A stretch of 5,617 nucleotides of DNA, from the IMG/VR virus record IMGVR_UViG_3300045988_000918, positions 1 to 5,617 of that record. One strand, written 5' to 3'. Every line of letters starts with the position of its first letter. The stretch's first letter is position 1. Below the pieces are notes generated by a model that saw only the letters and a list, made by a program, of their open reading frames with translations, searched no databases and was not told the DNA's origin. Made by a program: the position numbers and the translations under genes. The DNA is from a virus. Below, one piece after another: positions 1 to 4,928 of this stretch.

Positions 1-99
1 AACTTACAAGGAGATCGAGGCGGCATACAAACACGTAAGAACAGCTGCCACGATAGAAGACGCAAAATTTTACATCGACATGGCATTCCGCAAAAAAAC
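1..99. repeat. Terminal redundancy, left copy (circular-genome assembly overlap)
   Basis: Base-for-base identical to 5519-5617 by manual comparison. An ORF reads straight through the junction. Confidence 0.95.
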
Positions 100-163
100 T
101 TTTGCGAATGAAATCGAGATGGAACAAATCCGTAGGAGAATCAACAATGGCAAAGAGGAGTAA
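2..163 (+). CDS. C-terminal part of a 73-aa hypothetical protein that wraps the circular junction (same gene as 5460-5617)
   Basis: The frame is open from the window start to TAA at 161-163. Joined to 5460-5518 it gives MKTWNVRDQTDTTLAATLARTYKEIEAAYKHVRTAATIEDAKFYIDMAFRKKTFANEIEMEQIRRRINNGKEE. The composition looks helical. I recognise no family. Confidence 0.55.
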   Translation, partial: TYKEIEAAYKHVRTAATIEDAKFYIDMAFRKKTFANEIEMEQIRRRINNGKEE

Positions 164-266
164 AGTTCGCAAATCCAAAGACGCAAAGATCTACAACAAG
201 ACAGCAAAAAAGACCAAGGCGATCAATCTTGGAAGCGGCGCAATGCGGGGAGGCATTAGATTATGA
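147..266 (+). CDS. Small basic DNA-binding/packaging protein, 39 aa (gokushovirus VP8/ORF8-like, functional analogue of phiX174 J)
   Basis: Hand translation gives MAKRSKVRKSKDAKIYNKTAKKTKAINLGSGAMRGGIRL. It is very Lys/Arg-rich, and I recall the ...MRGGIRL C-terminus as typical of gokushovirus ORF8 proteins. AGGAG (134-138) lies 8 nt upstream of the ATG. The stop overlaps the next start as ATGA (263-266). It is below the ORF-track size cutoff. Confidence 0.7.
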   Translation: MAKRSKVRKSKDAKIYNKTAKKTKAINLGSGAMRGGIRL

Positions 267-502
267 TTAACGTATACGGCATCTATGACCAGTGTGCTAT
301 GTGCTACATCACCACAATCAACGAGCGCGACGATAAAGTCGCCGAGCGCAATTTTAAGATTGCGCTTACGGACGAACACAACATCATGAGCAAGACGCCA
401 AGCGACTACCGACTCGTGAGACTCGCAAAGTTCGACGAAAACAACGGCACTTTCGAAGAGGCAAAGGAGAACATTTTCGATGGCATATCGCTCAGTAAGT
501 AA
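263..502 (+). CDS. VP5-like non-structural protein, 79 aa
   Basis: It shows the pattern VYGIYD...AERNF...SKTPSDYRL..LAKFDENNG, matching the remembered gokushovirus VP5 signature (Y.I.D ... A.R.F ... P.DY.L...G.FD..TG). GGGGAGG lies 9 nt upstream. It sits directly before VP3, as in gokushoviruses. Confidence 0.75.
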   Translation: MINVYGIYDQCAMCYITTINERDDKVAERNFKIALTDEHNIMSKTPSDYRLVRLAKFDENNGTFEEAKENIFDGISLSK

Positions 503-974
503 TTTCAGGGAAACCGCAACGGCAAAACCAACCGAAGCCGGCGAAAGCGTAAGACGGACATATCTTTGGGAACACAACGAAAAAGGCGAAAAAGTGCTTA
601 GGCTCGACCAAATCATTGACCAGCAAGCAGAGATCGACAGCTACCTAGAAGAAACCAAAATCGAAAACATCGTCCGACGGGCAAGCATCGACCCAGACAT
701 TGCGGCACGTATCGCGCCAGATTTAGGCGGCGGCATCCAAGACTTTACCGAGGCACCGCAGACACTGGCAGAACTCCAAAGCATCATGCTGAGAGCGGAA
801 CAAATTTGGGAAGAGGTCCCAAAAGAAATCAAGCTCAAATTCGACAACGACGTCGATAAATTTGTTGCATCATTTGGAACAGTTGAATGGGCAAAAAACC
901 TAGGCATATATCAAGAAGAGCAAACCGAAGCCAAAACAAATGAAGCAACAGAAGCAACGGAGGCAAAAGAATGA
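480..974 (+). CDS. VP3 internal scaffolding protein, 164 aa
   Basis: The protein is acidic. Its C-terminal half (...VPKEIKLKFDNDVDKFV...) resembles the conserved gokushovirus scaffold motif. It lies immediately upstream of VP1 with an ATGA overlap (971-974). AAGGAG (464-469) precedes the ATG. Confidence 0.75.
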   Translation: MAYRSVSNFRETATAKPTEAGESVRRTYLWEHNEKGEKVLRLDQIIDQQAEIDSYLEETKIENIVRRASIDPDIAARIAPDLGGGIQDFTEAPQTLAELQSIMLRAEQIWEEVPKEIKLKFDNDVDKFVASFGTVEWAKNLGIYQEEQTEAKTNEATEATEAKE

Positions 975-2692
975 ACAGAAACAAAGACGCGGGATTTAAC
1001 CAAGTACCGCGACTGGACATCACGCGAAGTCGCTTTAAAAGGCGGCAGGACGTCAAGTTAACGCTGAACGCAGGACAGCTTATTCCGTTTTATGTGGATG
1101 AGGTGCTTCCGGGTGACACCTTCAGCGTTGACCAGGCGGCGATTATCCGTATGACCACACCTATCTTCCCGGTCATGGATAACTGCTATATGGACATCTA
1201 TTATTTTTTTACACCAAATCGAATCCTTTGGAAAAATTGGAAGCGGTTTATGGGAGAAAACGATACGGGGCCGTGGGCACAGACTCAGGAATACACCATC
1301 CCGCAAATAAATGTAAATAACGGAAGCGAAGAAAAAAATACGCCATTCGAAGGAAGCATCATGGATTACATGGGTATTCCAACAAAGGTATGCAAGGGAA
1401 CTGAAAAAGGAGCTTTCAGCGTCAACGCACTCCCGTTCCGAGCGTACACAATGATATGGCAAGAATGGTTCAGAGACCAAAACGTAGACAATCCAGCTAT
1501 TAACAGCAACGGGGACGAAAACGTAAATTACACGGACAACCGGACTAAAGGCGTAGACGGAACAGATACAGATATTGACTACATCCTACAAAACGCATAC
1601 AAAGGCGGCAGACCTCTTCCGGTCAACAAATTCCACGACTACTTCACCAGCGCACTGCCGAGTCCACAGAAAGCAGGAGAACCAGTAAGTATACCGATAA
1701 GCGGAAGCGCACCGCTCGGTATGTATAACGGGACAACGGGCAAAGTAACAATCAATAGCGCAATAATGAAACAAATAGCAAGTGATGCAGGACTGTTAAG
1801 CACAGGAAGCACCTTTAGCGCCACAGAATGGGACGTCGGAGACGGGCCATATGCAAACAAAGGACTGGCAGTGGGAAGAAATACACAAAGCGCATACAGT
1901 GGAGTAAACTTAGGCGCAGACCTATCAAAAGTCAACGCAATAACCATTAACCAACTGCGGCAGGCATTCCAAGTTCAAAAGTACTACGAACAACTAGCGC
2001 GCGGCGGCAGCAGATACCGCGAGATGATTTACAGTTTGTTCCATACGAAGATTTCGGACAAAACTGTACAGATTCCGGAGTACCTGGGCGGTACGCGAAT
2101 CACCATCAACATGAGTCAGGTTATCCAGACCAGCGGCACAACCACTGAGAGTCCGCAGGGCAACACAGCGGCAGTATCCGTGACGCCATACAATGGGAGC
2201 ATGTTTACGAAAAGCTTCGAAGAGCACGGCTATGTTATCGGCGTATGTTGCATCCGGCATGATCATACATACCAACAGGGACTTGAAAGGATGTGGAGTC
2301 GCAAAACAAACCTCGACTTTTACTATCCTGTATTCGCAAATCTGGGAGAACAAGCCATCCTCAAAAAAGAGCTGTATCTTACCGGAACAGCAACAGATGA
2401 ACAAGCTTTCGGCTACCAAGAAGCTTGGGCAGAATACCGAATGAAACCGAACCGAATCAGCGGCAAATTCCGAAGCAATGCAACAGGAACGCTGGATAGT
2501 TGGCACTACGGCGACAACTACGCAAATGTGCCAAGCTTGAGTCAAGCATGGATGAAAGAAGGAGATTCCGAAATCCAGAGAACTCTCGCAGTAGACAACG
2601 AACCGCAATTTATCATGGACACAGTCATTGACAACACCAGCGTCAGACCTATGCCCATGTACAGTATTCCGGGCCTTGTGGACCATCACTAA
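971..2692 (+). CDS. VP1 major capsid protein, 573 aa (phiX174 F-protein family)
   Basis: Hallmark motifs are present: FNQVPRLDITRSRF, GQLIPFYVDEVLPGDTF, HDYFTSALPSPQK and TINQLRQAFQVQKYYE. GGAGG lies 7 nt upstream of the ATG. It is the longest ORF in the window. Confidence 0.97.
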   Translation: MNRNKDAGFNQVPRLDITRSRFKRRQDVKLTLNAGQLIPFYVDEVLPGDTFSVDQAAIIRMTTPIFPVMDNCYMDIYYFFTPNRILWKNWKRFMGENDTGPWAQTQEYTIPQINVNNGSEEKNTPFEGSIMDYMGIPTKVCKGTEKGAFSVNALPFRAYTMIWQEWFRDQNVDNPAINSNGDENVNYTDNRTKGVDGTDTDIDYILQNAYKGGRPLPVNKFHDYFTSALPSPQKAGEPVSIPISGSAPLGMYNGTTGKVTINSAIMKQIASDAGLLSTGSTFSATEWDVGDGPYANKGLAVGRNTQSAYSGVNLGADLSKVNAITINQLRQAFQVQKYYEQLARGGSRYREMIYSLFHTKISDKTVQIPEYLGGTRITINMSQVIQTSGTTTESPQGNTAAVSVTPYNGSMFTKSFEEHGYVIGVCCIRHDHTYQQGLERMWSRKTNLDFYYPVFANLGEQAILKKELYLTGTATDEQAFGYQEAWAEYRMKPNRISGKFRSNATGTLDSWHYGDNYANVPSLSQAWMKEGDSEIQRTLAVDNEPQFIMDTVIDNTSVRPMPMYSIPGLVDHH

Positions 2693-2704
2693 AGAAAGGG
2701 GGAA

Positions 2705-2737
2705 AGACCCGGGTCAAAACCCCGGGTCTATTTATTT
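2705..2737 (+). terminator. GC-rich hairpin plus T-rich tail between VP1 and VP2 (probable partial intrinsic terminator/attenuator)
   Basis: agacccggg (2705-2713) pairs perfectly with cccgggtct (2721-2729), giving a 9-bp stem and a 7-nt loop. It is followed by atttattt and then the VP2 ATG. Confidence 0.5.
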
Positions 2738-3580
2738 ATGCTAGCAGGAATTGGAAGCGCATTACTAGGAATCGGAAAACAGTTATTACCATCAATCGCG
2801 AGCTGGGGCATAAACAAACTACTTGGCGGAAACATGAGCGAAAGTAGCGGAGGCAGTCAACAGCACAACGAAAGCACAAGCGCCGGCGGCGGCACAAGCA
2901 CCAGCGAAAGCGGCGTAAACAGAAACCAAAATCTGCAGGACTGGAATAGTATGCTTGGAGCAATTCAAGCAAATATGCAAAGTCAGCAAAAGTTTAACCG
3001 AAAAAGCATGTTCGAACAAATGGGATATAACACCATGGCGGCAATCACGCAAGGAGTGTATAACCAGATAAGCAACAACGCGGCAATGAACTACAACAGC
3101 GCAGAGGCCGCAAAAAACAGAGCTTGGCAAGAGCAAATGAGCAACACAGCCTACCAAAGAGCTGTAGCCGACATGAGAAAAGCGGGAATCAACCCTATTT
3201 TAGCATACCAACAGGGCGGAGCAAGCACACCGGGCGGAGCACAAGGCACAATCAGCGGAGCAAGTATGGGGCTTGCAAGCAGTAGCGCGGCAAGCGCAAG
3301 TGCTCTAGGCGTAAGCCAAAACCACAACAACACATGGAGCAAAAGCGAAAGCAATTGGTACAACGCAGCGCAAGCGGTCGGAGACGCGACAAGTTGGCAA
3401 CACACAAGTGCAGACAAAGCGTTCAATGAATTCAAAGACGTCTTCAACAGCCTCAACAGCCTAAACACTGGAACAGGAGGCGCAGGAAGAAAGCCAACCA
3501 AAAACGAGCTTGAATACAAGCCGGGAAGAGACTTCATAGGAAACAAGAACGTCGAATTTTGGAAAGGAAAACTTAAATAA
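2738..3580 (+). CDS. VP2 minor capsid / DNA pilot protein, 280 aa (phiX174 H analogue)
   Basis: It has a Gly/Leu-rich hydrophobic N-terminus, a low-complexity S/G/N/Q region and the conserved motif [22 protein letters not shown], typical of microvirus VP2. Its position after VP1 also fits. Confidence 0.9.
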   Translation: MLAGIGSALLGIGKQLLPSIASWGINKLLGGNMSESSGGSQQHNESTSAGGGTSTSESGVNRNQNLQDWNSMLGAIQANMQSQQKFNRKSMFEQMGYNTMAAITQGVYNQISNNAAMNYNSAEAAKNRAWQEQMSNTAYQRAVADMRKAGINPILAYQQGGASTPGGAQGTISGASMGLASSSAASASALGVSQNHNNTWSKSESNWYNAAQAVGDATSWQHTSADKAFNEFKDVFNSLNSLNTGTGGAGRKPTKNELEYKPGRDFIGNKNVEFWKGKLK

Positions 3581-4600
3581 ATGGGATGCAATAAACCGTT
3601 AATCCGGTTTTACGTACCTCATGACAGGGAGGCGAGTGGGAGAGTGTACTCACTCGCCTCTTTTAACGAGATACACAAAACCAAGATGACGTACGAAAAT
3701 TTAATGTACCGAAAAGATGTAATGTTGATACCATGCGGACAATGCACCGGGTGCAGACTAAGAAAGCGTAAAGATTGGAGCACACGAATGGAGCTAGAAG
3801 CATACGGTCACAACAAAGAAAGTATCTGGTTTATTACACTAACTTATGATGATGATCATGTACCAACACAGGACACAGAGACAGGCGAAATTTACAAAGG
3901 CGGTATAAACATCTGGAAAGGCACCTCAGAGCGGCCAAAAACGGCGCAAACACTGAGCGTAGAGGATACCCAACTATTTATAAAAAGGCTCAGAAAGGCC
4001 GTCAAAGAGCCTCTGAGATACTTTTTAGCGGGAGAGTACGGAGACAACACAGCACGACCACACTATCATATGATACTATATGGATGGCATCCGGACGACT
4101 TAAAACCAATCCACAAATTGTCAAGACACGGTCATTATACAAGCGATAAGCTAGTAAAAATCTGGGGACAAGGCACAATAGACATAGCACAGGCAACACC
4201 AGAGACCTATAATTATGTTGCAGGGTATGTAACTAAAAAGCTATACGGCAACGACAAAAAGCGTTACCAAAAAATGGGTTTAATACCACCATTTTGCACT
4301 ATGAGCCGGAAGCCGGGACTAGGAGACAAATGGTTCGAAGACAACCAACAACGACTCTGGCAACAAGGATACATACAGCTTACCAATGGCAAGAGAGCGG
4401 CCATACCAGAATACTATTGGAGAAAGCTGGAAGCCGAAAACCCTGAAAAAGCATGGAGAATCAAGAAGTATCGACAAGAAAAAGCTATAGCTTCCCTAAT
4501 CGAAAGAAACGCGGAAACCGATAAACCATACGCGGAACAGTTAAAAGACAAAGAAACGTCAATGTCGAAGAAAATGAGCAAAGCCAAAGGCATATTTTAG
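3581..4600 (+). CDS. VP4 replication initiator, 339 aa (HUH rolling-circle endonuclease, phiX174 A family)
   Basis: A Cys cluster PCGQCTGCRL is present. Motif 1 is FITLTY. The HUH motif is PHYHMILYG, with HYH at 4061-4069. The tyrosine motif is YNYVAGYVTKK, starting at 4208. The ATG directly follows the VP2 TAA. Confidence 0.95.
   Translation: MGCNKPLIRFYVPHDREASGRVYSLASFNEIHKTKMTYENLMYRKDVMLIPCGQCTGCRLRKRKDWSTRMELEAYGHNKESIWFITLTYDDDHVPTQDTETGEIYKGGINIWKGTSERPKTAQTLSVEDTQLFIKRLRKAVKEPLRYFLAGEYGDNTARPHYHMILYGWHPDDLKPIHKLSRHGHYTSDKLVKIWGQGTIDIAQATPETYNYVAGYVTKKLYGNDKKRYQKMGLIPPFCTMSRKPGLGDKWFEDNQQRLWQQGYIQLTNGKRAAIPEYYWRKLEAENPEKAWRIKKYRQEKAIASLIERNAETDKPYAEQLKDKETSMSKKMSKAKGIF
3629..3660 (+). 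other. Perfect 10-bp GC-rich hairpin inside the 5' end of the VP4 coding sequence
   Basis: gaggcgagtg (3629-3638) is the exact reverse complement of cactcgcctc (3651-3660). The loop is 12 nt and the stem is followed by tttt (3661-3664). Confidence 0.8.
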
Positions 4601-4607
4601 CCTTTGG
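4584..4607 (+). other. 8-bp hairpin spanning the VP4 stop codon
   Basis: ccaaaggc (4584-4591) pairs with gcctttgg (4600-4607). The 8-nt loop is atatttta. The TAG stop is at 4598-4600. Confidence 0.6.
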
Positions 4608-4610
4608 TGT

Positions 4611-4659
4611 CACTCAGCCAAGTAACTATCAAGTAAGCTACTTGGCTGAGTGTTTTATT
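4611..4659 (+). terminator. Rho-independent terminator after VP4
   Basis: cactcagccaagta (4611-4624) pairs with tacttggctgagtg (4639-4652), a perfect 14-bp stem with a 14-nt loop. It is followed by ttttatt. Confidence 0.8.
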
Positions 4660-4669
4660 GATTTGTTAA

Positions 4670-4711
4670 ATGCACACGCACGCGCACGTAATCGCGCACG
4701 CGCACGTGCAT
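4670..4711. repeat. Two perfectly alternating purine/pyrimidine (CA/CG) tracts containing a 13-nt direct repeat
   Basis: 4670-4690 (21 nt) and 4693-4711 (19 nt) alternate R/Y without interruption. cgcacgcgcacgt occurs at 4677-4689 and 4695-4707. The flanks aatgcac (4669-4675) and gtgcatt (4706-4712) are inverted. Confidence 0.85.
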
Positions 4712-4740
4712 TATATTATTATTTTTATTATTAACTTGTT
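4711..4740. other. AT-rich tract (candidate DNA-unwinding element)
   Basis: The sequence is ttatattattatttttattattaacttgtt, 28 of 30 positions A/T. It lies directly 5' of the (TAG)5 array. Confidence 0.5.
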
Positions 4741-4741
4741 G

Positions 4742-4756
4742 TAGTAGTAGTAGTAG
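4742..4756 (+). repeat. (TAG)5 trinucleotide tandem repeat, DnaA-trio-like (5'-TAG-3' equals 3'-GAT-5')
   Basis: There are five uninterrupted TAG units on the + (virion) strand, followed by ggag and then the first DnaA-box-like 9-mer. Confidence 0.6.
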
Positions 4757-4831
4757 GGAGTGTTGAAATGTTGAATACTATGAATTTTTATCCTTGGAAC
4801 GATATTTTTTGGCTAATTTTAATGTTGATAC

Positions 4832-4863
4832 TTTTGTGGATAACTTGTTGAAATGTTGAAAGT
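4832..4863 (+). repeat. Copy A of a ~32-nt imperfect direct repeat (DnaA box plus two TGTTGAAA units)
   Basis: ttttgtggataacttgttgaaatgttgaaagt aligns with 4896-4928, with 2 substitutions and a 1-nt indel. Confidence 0.8.
4835..4843 (-). promoter_or_regulatory. Perfect consensus DnaA box (TTATCCACA on the minus strand)
   Basis: The + strand reads tgtggataa, an exact 9/9 match to the reverse complement of TTATCCACA. Confidence 0.65.
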
Positions 4864-4872
4864 ATAGCAATA

Positions 4873-4892
4873 TGCACAAAAACCTTTGTGCA
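4873..4892. other. Small hairpin between the two direct-repeat copies
   Basis: tgcacaaa (4873-4880) pairs with tttgtgca (4885-4892). The stem is 8 bp and the loop is aacc. Confidence 0.5.
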
Positions 4893-4895
4893 ACA

Positions 4896-4928
4896 TTTTG
4901 TGGAAAACCTGTTGAAAGTGTTGAAAGT
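4896..4928 (+). repeat. Copy B of the ~32-nt imperfect direct repeat
   Basis: ttttgtggaaaacctgttgaaagtgttgaaagt. It starts 64 nt after copy A. Confidence 0.8.
4899..4907 (-). promoter_or_regulatory. DnaA box, TTTTCCACA (fits TTWTNCACA)
   Basis: The + strand reads tgtggaaaa. It has the same orientation as the perfect box and lies 64 nt downstream of it. Confidence 0.55.

Noticed and set aside
1-99. Terminal direct repeats as LTRs or mobile-element ends.
   Set aside because: The exact identity, a gene reading through the junction and a complete circular-phage gene set all make assembly overlap of a circle the simplest explanation.
2193-2444. 83-aa + strand ORF embedded in an alternative frame of VP1, a possible phiX174 E/K-style overlapping gene.
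   Set aside because: There is no SD upstream and no hydrophobic transmembrane segment as expected for an E-like lysis protein. The composition looks like an off-frame artefact. It cannot be excluded without comparative data.
1994-2689. 231-aa minus-strand ORF, plus the other minus-strand ORFs at 191-616, 641-907, 835-1056, 1058-1480, 1586-1774, 1639-1947, 2736-2972, 2819-3157, 3151-3591, 4002-4199 and 5419-5604.
   Set aside because: All lie antisense to well-supported + strand genes, and Microviridae transcribe one strand only. Their translations are Cys/Arg/Leu-rich, low-quality shadow sequences with no recognisable motifs or SD sites.
4669-4712. A large hairpin formed by the whole CA/CG element.
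   Set aside because: Only the 7-nt flanks are complementary. The interior tracts are direct repeats, not inverted, because the A positions face A/C rather than T.
4670-4756. 24-codon mini-ORF MHTHAHVIAHAHVHYIIIFIINLL ending in five in-frame TAG stops.
   Set aside because: No SD precedes it and it starts right after the VP4 terminator. The His/Ala/Thr/Val pattern is simply what alternating CA/CG reads as, and the poly-Ile is the AT tract. It is more likely a by-product of the DNA-level elements.
4848-4876. A promoter-like TTGAAA, 17 nt, TATGCA inside the iteron cluster.
   Set aside because: The -10 matches only 3/6 and lacks the invariant final T. The TTGAAA is part of the repeated iteron motif and no gene follows it closely.
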